Below are positions 1 to 13,184 of a stretch of 64,000 nucleotides of DNA, piece after piece (within the stretch, counting starts at the first letter, position 1; the number at the start of each line of letters is the position of its first letter). Source of the stretch: Fimbriosthenelais zetlandica (lineage: Eukaryota). The position numbers were made by a program, and so were the translations under genes. The stretch lies in contig OZ365114.1 in NCBI GenBank assembly GCA_977030845.1, positions 15,562,001 to 15,626,000 on the forward strand, read 5' to 3'. Below the pieces are notes generated by a model that was given only the letters and a program-made list of their open reading frames with translations, searched no databases and was not told the DNA's origin.

Positions 1-3000
1 ATATGAGACCTTAGATCATGGCTGTCCACCCTGATAAAAGTAGATGTGACTGCCCTGATGTCACCTCACTAACCTTGGTCCAATGGCTGTTGACAGCCGA
101 TTGGGAGAAATGATAACTGATTCTATGGTCCGTGCTACACGCCAGTGTATTGGATTCCATCACTACATGTATGCACCTTATAAAAAAGCTCAGCTGTACA
201 GATGTTGTTTAAGGGAAGCGAGCTGGAATGAACGTGGGAAGTAGGAGGTGGTCTCATGCATGTTGTCAGTGTCTGAATAAGTGCATGGGATTACCATAAG
301 TGTTGTGCATCTGGAAATGACAACATCCTGCTCGAGGTCATCCACGTCCATTGATTCCTATCCTGCCACATTTTATGTGTACCCCTAAACCATAAAGACA
401 AAGCTAGGATAGTATGACATTTAGACATTGTTAGAACCTTAATATATTATCATGATGCACTTCTGAATCCCTAGTATCATGTAACTTGAATGATTGATCC
501 TGGTCTTTATAGGTCGAATCTCTCCATTTCCGCCAATAGAGAGGATTAGGCATATATTCATCAGAGGGCGCCACTGGCAGTTTGAGTGACGTCATTAAAC
601 CCCAGACCTCCAGATGTTTTTTTTTCAAATATCTTGTTGAATATTCAATATTTTCCCCCAAATGTATTTCAGGGTAAATTATTCAAGTTTTTTGTTCATA
701 AATCACTACCTGATTCTAGTGTTTTTTCCATTTTAAAGATTTTGATTTTCAAGGTTAAATTGTCTTCGAGACTGTAGACTAGTATAGTGGCTAGATCCAA
801 CAATAGACTACATCTCTCTCTGCTGACAGTAGGAATCTGGTCTTCCCCTAGTCGGCCTGACACCAGCCCCTGAGGTGTTGGCACATCTGTCTCTAGTAGA
901 GAGAGGAAGCACCAGATCAGACAAATGGGGGGTTGGGGTAGAGAGGCGAGGTATAGAGGAGCAGAAGCAGGGTGAGAAAGAAAGGAGGAAGAAAAATTTG
1001 ACTGACAAAGAGTGAAAGTGATCTTAGTCCACTTCGGGAGATAAATCTGTGAGGTGATGCAGTAGGCGCACTGCCCCTTTCCACCATCTGTCATGTCATC
1101 TTTACTGAGGCAGCTGGAGGAACTAGGAGAACGCCAGTCAAGCCTTCTTCAGACAATCACCCACCGGAAGTCATCACCATGCAGGCGCATAGGTCATTGG
1201 AGAGGCCGAGACATCTGATGGTGATAACTGGAACAAATCACAGCCACATCTTTGTTCAGAAGTGGCATAGTGATCCTTTTGATCACCAAACAGATTGAGC
1301 AACAAGGTGGTTCATGCACTTTGTGGTGGGTGATGTACTCAATGGGATTGTCAGGGTACTTCATGTAAGCATTGAGCAACGATGCTGAGGAGAGGGTTGA
1401 CTAAACCTATAATAAAAACTGGGGATTATTTAACCATCTCATCCCATACTTTGACATAAGTTAGAATCCGACTTCTGAGTACATTTGTGGGACCTTATAT
1501 CCCACACACAGACTCTCCCAACTGTTACATACTATTAAGCAATGAAACCGAGAGTTTAGAAGCTCAGTCCCCTTGGCCTAATCAGAAGAGCGTGAAAGCT
1601 ATCAATTTAATCCAACCCCTTTAATTGAGATCTGGCCTGAAGGTCATGACCCCCTGAATGAGATGGCTCCCTTGGGGCACACTGATGAATGGCTTTGGAT
1701 TGAAAACCTTCTCATGTTTTGGCGATTTCCACCTCGGGGAGATGTATGATTTTTGGTGTGGGATCGGCTGATGCGGAGTTCTTTCCTCCAGAGTAAGTCA
1801 GGCAAGGGAGGCATCCATCATATCAAGTCTCCACAAGGGATCAAAAAACACAGTGGCTGGTCAGACTTCTCCTCCAAACCTTTCTCCTGTACACACCCAT
1901 GTCTGCGACCGAGGCAGTACGTCCCAGACCCATTCCACTTCAACATGGCTTTGAGTGCTCAAGCTCTTAAAGCTTGTGATTACTGATCCCAAGTCCCAAC
2001 AATTCAGCGCTGTATTCTGAAGCACCCTTGGAATAAGCTCCTATTCTTCATCTAATTTTACGTCCACTTTGTCCACCAAACGAACCTGCTATAACATTTC
2101 TTTCGTCGTTTTTCTGTCGCTTTCATTCAGATCGAGCTGTACAGTTTTGCGGATGTAAATGACACTTTTGATGAATATGAGACATCTTTTCAATTCTGAA
2201 TAGGAACCCTTATTTCGGAGAAGCTAGCAGGAAAATTATAATCAATGGGGACGTGATTGAAACCTTGCTGTGACAGGAACACAATTTATATGGCTCCTGT
2301 CTCCTTCTGCCAGTAGTTTCTTATTTCCAATTCATTCCATTTCTGCAATCGCATCAAATATCTATACTGACGGGAGACCAGGCATTGCCAATGAAATTGA
2401 AAATGCATATGAAAGCCCGTGAAGAAAAAACTACTCGGTATTTAATTGCCTTTATATATAACACATTGGTAACAATAGTAAAATTACCAATTCCCTGCAG
2501 TGGAATATTTTGTCCCATATAATATCCATACAATCAATTTGCAATCAATTAATGTATATAATTTGGGAGTACTTTATTGTTCCAATAATGGCTAAATGAT
2601 TTGAATATTCGACCTTCTAGCGCTTGATATGCAGCGAGACACAATTGGAAATATGTAAAATTCGTCCTTGAACACAGTTACAGCAGGCACTCTACAAGCA
2701 CACACCATCCACCATCCGATTCATTGTCCTTGTTGATTCACCACACTATGCATGGCGAGGTCTGCCCCTGTACACATAGGACATCTTTGATACATGGCTG
2801 ATCTCTCGGCTCAATTCAGTGATGTATGTTTTTGTTCTCAGTGTAGCTCAGGAGGTGGTACGTGCCTATCATTGTACAGGGCAGCAGCTTCTCAAGAGGC
2901 TTCATGCTCTTTGATCCCTGCCACTGCAAGGGCACATCCATTTGTTGTCCATCTCCTATCGTCCCCTGTCCACAAGCTTCATTCATTTTGCCATTTGAAT

Positions 3001-6000
3001 CAGTAATAAACTGTAAAACCAACACAACGTGCAGATTTCCCTGGGGAGTCAAAGCCTCCATCCATACCAAGTTAAGCCATCCGGAATTGTTGGTGCATTC
3101 GCCTAACGCCCTTCCCGTGCACAGCTCATCAGGCCATTGTCAACGCGGCTTCATGATCGCCGCCCCTTCATAACAATTCCACAAAAACATTGGACTTTGA
3201 CGTATGCTTATTTGTATACAACAATGACTCGGTGAAATTCCGGCCTTGGGGACCCTGAGTGTGTGGATATTAAACAAAAAGGGAATTTCATGCATGGTTG
3301 TGTTGTTTGATGGAAATGGCTGGGTGTTGTTAGTAACGGTGTTTCATACTGGATTTGAACAATTTTCGGATGGATTTTCTATCATATGGCTTCTCAAATA
3401 ATGATTGCCGATTCGCAACAAATTGTATGCATTGAGTCGTGCCAATTGGCATATAAAAACGTTGTTTTGCATTTTATGTTTTGCATTGTGAAATTTGAAA
3501 CTCGGGTGTATATGATACTTGTTTGCTTCCTCAGATTCACTCTTGAAAGGTTTTGCTTCATAAAAAAACTGATGTAGGAAGTTTGACTTCCTAAAAAGTA
3601 TTCAATATGTTGATTTCAATTGAGTGACGGAATTATGCCTTCAAAGCATTAAGCAGAAAAGTTATTTCCTTGTAAGTGATTCATTCCATATCTCACAACA
3701 TGATGAAAAAGTTTTGAGAGACTCTCATCCTCTGAACAGTCCAGACACTGTCAACAAACTAAGAAGCAAAAACACGTTTAATCTCACTTGGATATTTGCT
3801 GCAATGTTCCATTATTTTCCGATGTTGTCAGGTGGAACACAATTCCATCCGATTCCCCATGCATTCACATAGAATGGAATTTCAGTAAATTGTCCTCGCA
3901 TTCTCTGACAAGTAATGGAAGGCATGTTTGACACTCGTGGTGTGCAGAGTGACACATTTCCCTCGACACTTCTTCAAAGCTCCTGATCCCATGGCTTATC
4001 AGACCAACTAATTAACTCTAATTCCTTGGATTCTGCCAGAGATTACACCCTAAGTATGTAATCTTTAGGGGTTATGTCCTCCAGTGGGAGAAGATATTTG
4101 CTGATAAGCCATTAGTAATTGTCTGATGTAAATAATGTTAATTAAACTAATTGGGTTGCAGAACCTGTGTAGGAAGAGAAAGTGTCCGTTCATTAGTTAG
4201 TCATTGTTTGAGTGAAAGGATGGTCCAGCTAATGATTCATTAAACAAGATTATTGACAATTCTCTAGGATCATATTATAGAAATAATTATCACTGATTTT
4301 TTTTTTTAATAATTTGACTGAACAGTAGTAACTAAAATAATAAACATTCCATCCTCACTGGAATATATTTCATGTTTCATTTTTTGTAAGGCAATCACCC
4401 CTCGGGCATATATGGGTGTCGCATTTAATTAGTTTTGTAAAATACGGAAGATAAAGAAAGGCTTTGACCTGAAACATTGGATAAAGGAAGAGGCCGGAAC
4501 GAGGTTTTGAGGCAGGTACATGGATATAACTATTGGGAGGGACCTTGTACATAGTACATAAACATTGCCACATTCAGATACTGCTCTTTTAGCATCAGAA
4601 CCGTTTTATTCTCTCATGATGTCATGCAATCTTCATGGCATCCAAGTGGTAGATGCTCTCATCTATTATCACCCAAACGGCTGAGAGGAAGCTGAGCAAT
4701 GTTTGAGAATTTCCGAGTTGCAATGAACTACCATAATGAACATCATCAAGTCTAATTGCATTCTCCTTATCATTCGACTAACTGAAGGAAGATGGCCAAG
4801 CGATAAGAGAAGAATAACAATGGCCAATAAGGATTGGTTGTCATGCTCTCTCAGAGCCCGTAAGCGACACGTGCAGGAAGCATTCGCCTTACAGTATCAT
4901 CGATCTCCTAATCATGATGATTAAGTTTCTTTCTTTCACCCACTCCTTCATCACCATCGACGAAGGCTTCTCAATTGGCGTCAATAGTGTGATGGGGATA
5001 TTTTAATAGGGATATTTCTGTCAGCGTTTCCCACCAGGCTTCTCTAATACCAAATGATTGTCTACCAGAGTAATATTCCCCCGTTCACATTGCCTAGCTT
5101 CATTCCGTGTCACGTTTCACTGTACTCTGCCTACTCAGATCTTTCCATCAGAGATGACTTTTGAAATGCATTAGAAAGAGGTCGTCATAGGTTTAAAAGA
5201 GAAGCTGTGGGCGAATGCCTTGAGGATCCATTCAAGATGGTTTCCTTGTGAAAGTGTGAGGAGATATAAATGGAAATGTTCCTAAAACTGTACTGTATCA
5301 TTATGGATATGATGTGGACGCCTCTGGGCATATAAAGCATAATCTTAGTATGTTGAATGGAGGTATATTGGGGCTGGGAGATAATATAGGTGTAACAAGG
5401 GAGTTCTTAGCCAGTCAGGCTGCACAGCGTGGTGAAGGAAAAAAATGTTCATGATGACAATTATCTGAGATATAGTATCTCAAAGACCTTCCATGGACGA
5501 CCTTTAAGGCACGCTTTCAAGGAAAGCACCGAATGGTGAAAGTATTATCATGTACAAGAAATGATAATACAATTTCAGAGTGAATATATGTCCATGGGTT
5601 CTAGAATTCCCATACGGGCGAAATATGCTTAGTTTTATGGCCTTTATTGTCCTTTGTTGTCCTTCAAGCCACTATGCATCTGTTCGCCATCCTGACAAAA
5701 TATTCTCATACTTATGTTGTGGTCGGCGAGTGCAGGTCTTATAGCAAAAAAAAACTGTGTATACACATTTAAGACAATTATAACAAGCAAAATCCAAATA
5801 TAAACGAGGAAGTTTTTTCTGAGAATAGTTTAAAGCTTCTTAAATTTAGATGTTCACAGCAATATGCCCCATGTGCCTTTTTTCTGAACTTTGAAGTCTT
5901 CTTTAACATTGCAGTCTATTGTTTTCCAAGTCCTGTATGCATAGCCCCACCTCGCCTCTAATGGCAGTAATGTGTAAGTCTGTGCTGACGGTTGACAATA

Positions 6001-9000
6001 TGGACCTATCCATTATTAAAAGTAATCTGTCTAGCCTGGGGAATCGTTATATACTCGGTTTATTAAGAGACAAAGCTGCCTTTATAATGGTCATTGGCTT
6101 GCTGCTAGCGTGTTTGAAGTCCTTCATGATGGGGTGGGGCGTATTTATGTGCTCATCCACCTGACACTTTCTCCTCTAACTGAAGAAGACTCCCTGCCTT
6201 GTAAAGGAAACATTGCCAAGTGCTAGCTGAAGCCAATCAAGGCAATCGGCGCTAAAAGCAGGATCCAAACAGCCTCCAAGGCAAAATGGACACCGGCAGC
6301 TAAAGGTGGAGGCCTGGCAGGTGAGGGCCTGAAACGACGACTGATTATGGATTGCACACCACAGTGGCAGCCATCAGTGTCTTCAAGTCAATGCAATGTG
6401 ATGTCTGGCCGTGGGAGGTCTATACAGGCTGAGCCTCACCAGGTCAATGCCACCAACCATCCCCATTCTCTAACACTTTCAGCTATTCTCATTTCCACAA
6501 TGTTCACCTACCATCCTTATCTTCAAAACTTTAACTACCTACATGCTTGAAATAAAGTATACCAACAAAGAATCCAAATTGCATTCATTATATCCCTTCC
6601 CATGGATGGTTATTTAGGGTGTCCGAGCATCTGAATTTTGGTGGTCGCATAACAATGAGTAAGCACTGGTTAAAGGTTCCATTTTGGTAATGGATGGCCA
6701 TAATGAGTTAATATGTTGAGTGGTCTAGTTGGGGGACGTGTGAAGCCATGATAACCTAGTGTGTAGTGGGCCGCCTTCCAAGGGTGCTAATAAGGTTGAC
6801 CCCTCACTGATTAAAAGGGAAAACCCAGATAGGGAAACCCTGGGAAAACACTTGCCACTTTAGATAATATGTGACGTGGGAGTAAAGGCATTATAGCAGG
6901 GCTTCATCTTAACCAAGTTACGTCTACAGAGGGCTGCGTGTCCCCGTGGGGGTGATACCTGTTTGCTACGTGCCTGTACTTCCCATCCGCTAAATGACCA
7001 GGAAGCTTTGAAAACACTGGGACCAATGTTTATCGAGTTACCCCCTTCATTAAGCTGTCTTCTGTTTAATTATTCCCTGATAAAATAACACTTCTTGTAG
7101 ATGGGTAAAGGATGCATGCTCACGTTCCAATGACGGGATGAATATTGTTTTTGAAGGTTCGCAGCAGGGAGCTGAGTCGGGTAAAAAGTATCTGTAGGTG
7201 CACGGAGCAACATTGTCTGAGACTTATTCCTTTGTTTCCCTTTCAATATTCCTTCTCATGTTGAGGCCTGCTCATCCAGGGCTTACTTCATGCAGGCCTC
7301 CTTTAAGAATGGGAAAGCCCCTCATTATGGTAAGTTAGTTTTTATCATACACAGTATTGCATTACTGTGGGAGGCGTATTGTAACATGAAAACGTAAGCA
7401 ACACAATTGCTAATATCGATATAAACCTAAACTGCACAAACGACTGTTTTTCTACCTCTGAAAATGTAAACAGGACTTGCTTGAAAGTCAAATTGTACTT
7501 CATGAACCAGTGGCTTGAGGAAATATTCACTTGCCATGCCTAGAGCTACTTTCCCGCCTACAGATGAATCAAAGAACTGATTGTATATGACAACTAAGCC
7601 CCTCTCTTTCATTCTAACGTTACAGACTCCTCCACAATAGCCTCTTGCGTGAAGAGATGAATCTGGGAGTCAGTCAGAGTCACTCAGCCTGTCTCCACAT
7701 AGGACATGTGCTTGATCATCAACTCAAAAAAGCTCAGAGTAATAGTAGCTGTCAGTTGGTCTGACAGTGAAGGTGGAAACCCCATTGTAAGGTGGCAATG
7801 TATGAGAATATGATCAGTCAGTTACCTCTCTTACAACATGTTCCTGATGAAAGATAATGTACCTGAAGTATATATGCCGAGATGACATGTGTCACACGAG
7901 ACGGCATAAAATTAATATGTGTTACTACAAAAAAGATTTCTTAGCAAAACCTACCACGATGATAATTGACTTCAGTATAGAAGGTAAAGTATATCTGGCA
8001 TGTAAAGATTCCTGGGTTTCAAAAATAATTGGCCTAAACATTATTCACCCGTTAAACCCATAATTATAAATAATGCTAAGAACACCAAACATTCAACCTC
8101 AGCAGTTAAATCAGCGTGGTGCTTGCTGTACAAGGGTTGCCAGCTATGCCTGAGGGCCTATCCCACATGCATGTACATACCCTTCGGGACCCACCACAAG
8201 CCCATATAGCCATGAATTAAGTATGTGAGCAGCAATACCCGATTTATACTATCAATGCCTAGATCAATCCCTACACAAACACTCACCATCCTAGATGATT
8301 GTATGCATCCCGCATTGGATGAAGGATATAGCCCTGGAAGAACCTCTAGGGGGTTCCATTCCCCTTGTTGTATACAGGGGTCTGTTTTGGAACAAGCTTT
8401 AGGAATATCAACCCGGGCCTACTTAAGTATGCATAGAGTGTGAATTTGGAAATGGGGCTTCATAGAGAGACAAAGTAGGGATTGATTACTAGCGTTGGAT
8501 GACAGTTTTGAGAAGGGAGCATCCTGTTCAGACATAATAGCTGTCAGAACAAAGTGGCATCTCATCCCTGGTCAGGAGGCGTATGGTTCCCTTGGGGACA
8601 CCCGGCCGGCAAGGAGCTGGGAACATGGGAGCTGAGATAGGCCGGCTAGGGGGTCAGTACGACAAGATTATTCACAATGGCATGTCTTTGAACGTTTATG
8701 TATTCACTATTGGTGTGTGAATTAACCAAGATGTCCAATATAGGAACATTTTCTGTATCCACCTCCCTGATGCATGGTTTTGCAAGCCAGTTCCAGTTGT
8801 GGATGCTGTGCATTTCCATTTAGTTGAGATTAATACGATTGTTTCATATAAGCTTGATATGCCTGAATTGTCATTTGAATAACCAATGCAGGGTCATCCT
8901 AACCTTATGATACTTTCATTTCCATTCTATGTTTGCAAGAAAGCTCAACATCAACATGGACATCAACCAAAAAAGCAATAGAAATAGAAAAGAAATATTC

Positions 9001-9676
9001 TTAATAATATGCCTTGTTAGGAAGGACATTTGGAGGATCCAATTGAAAGCATCTAAACCTAGTTCCTGGCTAAACCACCAGCTCACACTCACACACTCTA
9101 AGGTGAGCAGTTGGGGGATACCGAACCCCCGGAATCCAATTATGTGATTGCTGCGGCCCCTCTATGTGTTGTCCCAGTGGAGTGTGACAGCATTACCCAT
9201 TATAATGTTTTACTAGATGTTCAATTAGCAAAATACCCTGGTGGCCAGAGATATGAGAGTAAGGCAGTCAAACTGCATTAAGAGCGTTTTAGTGATGTGT
9301 TTGCAATGAGAAACTCAGGAGATGCATGCATTATGCTTCTTGTTTTTTCGATTCCCTGATGGTGTCACTTATCCAGCTTTGTGATATATAGGGAGCGTGG
9401 TCACTGATATTAATCACCACTTGCAAAGGGCATGCCTAACAGAGTTTGCGCTGGAACTTAAAAATGGGTGTCCAAATATATGGAGCAGAGGCTTGGGAAA
9501 CATAAAATGAAGGATGAACTTAACCAAACATTACCAATGCAATTAGAGTAATCCTATTAGGTACTTCTACTGAGCATTTCCCTTGACCCAATTTTACCAT
9601 AAGCAACCTCTATTCTTGAAAATCCCACCATAGCCAAGTATCGGAATTTTTTGGTGAAACTGGCCAACAATATTAT

Positions 9677-9784
9677 AACAAAACTTCAGGGATGGGGTCA
9701 ACGAGATGAAAATACTGCCCGAAACGGCGCAGCCGTTGAGGGCATGTGTTTTCATCGAGTTGTCCCCATCCCTGAAGTTTTGTT
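9677..9784. repeat. Long imperfect palindrome (53 bp arms, 3 nt GCA loop)
   Basis: Left arm AACAAAACTTCAGGGATGGGGTCAACGAGATGAAAATAC-TGCCCGAAACGGC versus reverse complement of right arm AACAAAACTTCAGGGATGGGGACAACTCGATGAAAACACATGCCCTCAACGGC. The outer 21 bp are perfect and about 46 of 53 positions match; the centre is GGC-GCA-GCC. Confidence 0.95.
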
Positions 9785-10115
9785 TTTATTCCATGGTCCC
9801 TACGGTCTTAAATGATATTTTTTGTGTTTTAAAAAAGAAATTACCGAAATAGATCTACCTTAGAGCTGCACGACATTGGGTTGACTTGCTTTAGCTTGCT
9901 TGACGACCGTGCGGCACCGCCATTTTGATTGACCTTGACATTGATTTATTAGGTCATCCAATTTTTTCTTACTTTAATTTTTAATACTCAATTGGGGAAT
10001 GGAACATATTCTTTCATTTATTTGTATTTATTTATGTCAGTTATTAAAATTAATGCATAGTTAGAGGAAAAAACTTCGGGCCCTATCGCTAATGCCGCGC
10101 TCCTGCTCTGCCAGA

Positions 10116-10146
10116 TGACGTCCCATTATGACGTCATAGTGACGTC
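10116..10146. promoter_or_regulatory. Cluster of three TGACGTC (CRE/ATF-like) motifs
   Basis: TGACGTC at 10116-10122, full palindromic TGACGTCA at 10129-10136, TGACGTC at 10140-10146, all inside the hairpin element. Motifs are seen; regulatory function is unproven. Confidence 0.3.
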
Positions 10147-10215
10147 GCAAAAGGGGCCGCTCTCTGGCAACCAGTACGAGAACTACGCCTCGATCTGAGA
10201 GCGGGCAATATAGTC

Positions 10216-10256
10216 TTGAGAGCCTGCAATACGTGCTACTTATTGCAGGCTCTCAA
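10216..10256. repeat. Perfect 16 bp inverted repeat with 9 nt loop
   Basis: TTGAGAGCCTGCAATA (10216-10231) / TATTGCAGGCTCTCAA (10241-10256), loop CGTGCTACT. Confidence 0.95.
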
Positions 10257-12409
10257 ACTTACCATGGAATAAAGTGTGGTATTGGGTCGGGGCAGCACGG
10301 GGCTGGAGACCATTGTGGAGAGCAAGCCCAGAGTTGATCCGACTCAGTGTTAGTGGCTTATGCATGGCGTATGGCTAACAAAGGAGGGCCTTATCATTAT
10401 GATTCAGGGCATGATCAGACAAACAGCCCACGTGAACAGTAAACGACCTGCGGAGGCAGATAGCAAATCTAGGGGGACCGCCATCCTCCACTCTCTCCCA
10501 GATATCGGGCTGGGCGATCGGGGATAATATGCATACCTATATGATCTGCTGTGGCTGGATTCTGTGGTCCTTCATATGAATTAGAGGGAGAGTGGGCAGT
10601 ATATGGTCATGGCAAGTGTGAGAGGGGTCCTCCTGTATAATTAATACGCATTAGACTCACCCTCGTATAATCTCCACTTTCATGGTTGGTCAGGATTGCA
10701 TACATTGAACCGCAGTGGGATATTCCGTTCTGATTTTAAAATGCGCAAGGTGTCGGTGTCGAAATAAAACACTCGGAGACTACTCCAGAAGCAGACCTAC
10801 TTGATTTACGTGGTTAGACTAAATAGAAAATGTAACTTAGGTTTAGGTTAGTGCCCCCCTCTTTTCATTTTCTCCTCCCCGGACCAAATAAAAACCTTAT
10901 GTAAACTGACCACATACAGCATTCACCGAGAGATTTCCGGTCTATTCTCCATCACCAGGCGTGGTAGCCATTGACGAGGCTGGGGTTAGTGGGAGAATAA
11001 TCCCATCCCTCTCTGATAGGACTAGATCAAGCCCCATGATCGCTTAATCACAGCCCGACAGGCTTTCCCATCTCAGATGGATGTTCCCAGCCTTTACAAA
11101 CTTCCCCATAATAGTGCCTCATTCATTGTAAAACCCCTGCATAAATTTCCCGACGTCATTTGATAAAAGATTGTGGGGTGGGGGGCAATTTTTATATGAA
11201 AAGTTACAACCTATGAAATACTTTTATACACTGTCATCAGTCAAATGAACTGATATTTAAAAAAAAAATGGAAGTTTTTATGACCGTTAGAGCTCTGCGT
11301 AGTAGGTTATTTCCACGACCACATATGAAGGGTTGGGACTTTCTGAATGATTCTGCAGCGTAATATATAATTTCCAAGTCGTCATTCGTCTACTGCTGTG
11401 ATAACGATCCTTAACTATTGTCTAAGAAGGACAGGAGATTGGTCTCTAAAACTGGCCACATGTGCCCAGAGCTTGAGTTTCCCTTACAATAATTGGTGGC
11501 GTGATGTTATCTCCCTCGATTGATGGATGAGGGACAGCATTTGAGGTCTCATAGAAAGCATCGTCCCTGAGAACATGGCCTATTAGGACATGAGCTTCAG
11601 ATTACAGGCACAGTAGTGTTATCTTCTACTTGCCCTGCCTGTCTGTTGTTTCTGATGGGGTAACACGAGAGGCCCATATTCATCGTATATATATATATAC
11701 TGACATTTATAAAGTCTCTACTCTCAGACACACACTGTGTGGGCCCTGTTTTGTTATTGTTCTAACTATATATGGCTTCATAACTTATTTTCCTCGTTCT
11801 CCTGCAATCATGAAGCAGATGTCGATGCTCGGGTTTCAAGCTAACCTGATCGTAGCAAAGAGTATTACTATAAAACCCACGAACAATTTAATCATGCCCT
11901 TAAAAAAATTATTTATCGTTTGGGAACATATCCCGAACAATTGAAATGGTTGTCATACAAATGTTGTTTCAACCAAATCCCTTGAAATATTGTATCTGAG
12001 GACTTTGTCTTTCCGGGGGCAATTAGAAAGGGTTGGGATAGTTGGCGGTGATAAGCCAAAGAAGCCGGTTCAAGCCATGGTGGTGTGAGGAGTGATCCAT
12101 GAATCTGGCCCCTCTCCCAATGCTCTCACCTCCCGCTTCATTTATCTCAATAAGGACTCCTGACCCCGGCTGGCCGACGATAGTCCATCAATGCCTGCCT
12201 GCAAAATCGGGCCAGTCCAGGATGAAAGTACCCCACTGGTTAATTATGTTAGGGGTCCATACAAGAAATTTGTGATTAGCCCTGTGTTACAGAGAAGACT
12301 GATTATGTAAATGAAGTTTTATAACCTTGTCATTCTCTCTCTGATTTCATCATTTGGGGAAGATATCAGTTTCGGAAAGGAGCAAGAGAAGGGGAGGGAG
12401 TCGGAGTAG

Positions 12410-12580
12410 GCTTGACTGGTAGCCATAGATACATCATACATCTTCAAAAGTTTACTCATCCATCTTGTCTGGGGAAAATTAATGACCTTTCTCCAGGGTA
12501 TTGGAAGCTAACATCTCCCCTGAGAGGCATTAACCCTTCCCACTTTTGTAGAGAAAAAGGGGAGAATATGCTGATGTAGG
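12410..12580 (+). mobile_element. Possible decayed L1/Tx1-clade LINE ORF2 fragment (end of endonuclease domain and linker)
   Basis: One frame reads GLTGSHRYIIHL...LSPGYWKLTSPL, resembling the SDH...GPGYWKLNxSLL signature after the APE domain. The match is short and a stop follows at about 12577. Confidence 0.25.
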
Positions 12581-13009
12581 AGATATCACAGCTTCAGAAT
12601 GTAATTCACATTGAAGGGAGCAACTGTTATATTGGTAAGAAGATTGAAAAGATTCCAGATTGAAATACCGATTTCCATATACTACTTCACCTATCCATGC
12701 CTACTGAACATATAGCCATCCATTGGAAGTACAATAAATTAATACTTTCATCAATTGATGTATTATTATTTCTTGATTAGGGGTTCGCATTCAACTTATC
12801 ATCTTATTTCCACATCCATCCACCCTTAGAGTAAGATCCACCTATCCATCAGTTGGTTCAGTCATTCATCCCTCCTTTATCCATCCATTTAGTCATCCAT
12901 CCAGCCCTATAGACCAGTCTGTATAATGACGTTGGAGAGGAGATGATGGACTGAGTCCCTGGGTAGACTGAGCTGTTCTCTGTCAGCGCGTCATAACAGC
13001 TCACACTAC

Positions 13010-13184
13010 CTTGGCTGGCCACTGATAAGATGGCCAGAGACAATGATAATGGCTCCTGACCAGTCCCCAGGACCGTTTCACTTGGGCCTCCTTCACATAA
13101 AGGTCGTCCTGGATGTCATCCGGGTAACCTGCTGGAATCGCCACGAATACGCTCCTCTTATCTGAGTCAGCTGTAAGGGAACAT
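13010..13184 (-). CDS. Candidate internal exon, unknown product
   Basis: Strong acceptor (gttgttttttcattcgtttcAG, AG at 13185-13186 on the minus strand), a GC-richer 175 nt stretch open in one frame (CSLTADSDKRSVFVAIPAGYPDDIQDDLYVKEAQVKRSWG...WPAK), and only a weak donor AAG/gtagtg. No recognisable homology. Confidence 0.2.

Larger units (their letters stand above)
9671..10273. mobile_element. Putative non-autonomous hairpin-type DNA element (~600 bp; resembles palindrome-ended Crypton-like/MITE elements of animals)
   Basis: Contains a 53 bp-arm hairpin (9677-9784), a perfect 13 bp inverted repeat TTTATTCCATGGT (9785-9797) / ACCATGGAATAAA (10261-10273), a second 16 bp-arm hairpin (10216-10256) and an echo of the left motif (AAAACTTCGGG near 10072). 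No coding capacity. Structure is seen; the family label is inference and the boundaries are approximate. Confidence 0.5.

Noticed and set aside
6400-6420. MSGRGR resembling a histone H4/H2A N-terminus
   Set aside because: The following residues have no histone similarity.
12288-12298. TACAGAGAAGA matching the U6 snRNA ACAGAGA box
   Set aside because: The match is only 11 nt and the flanks do not match U6.
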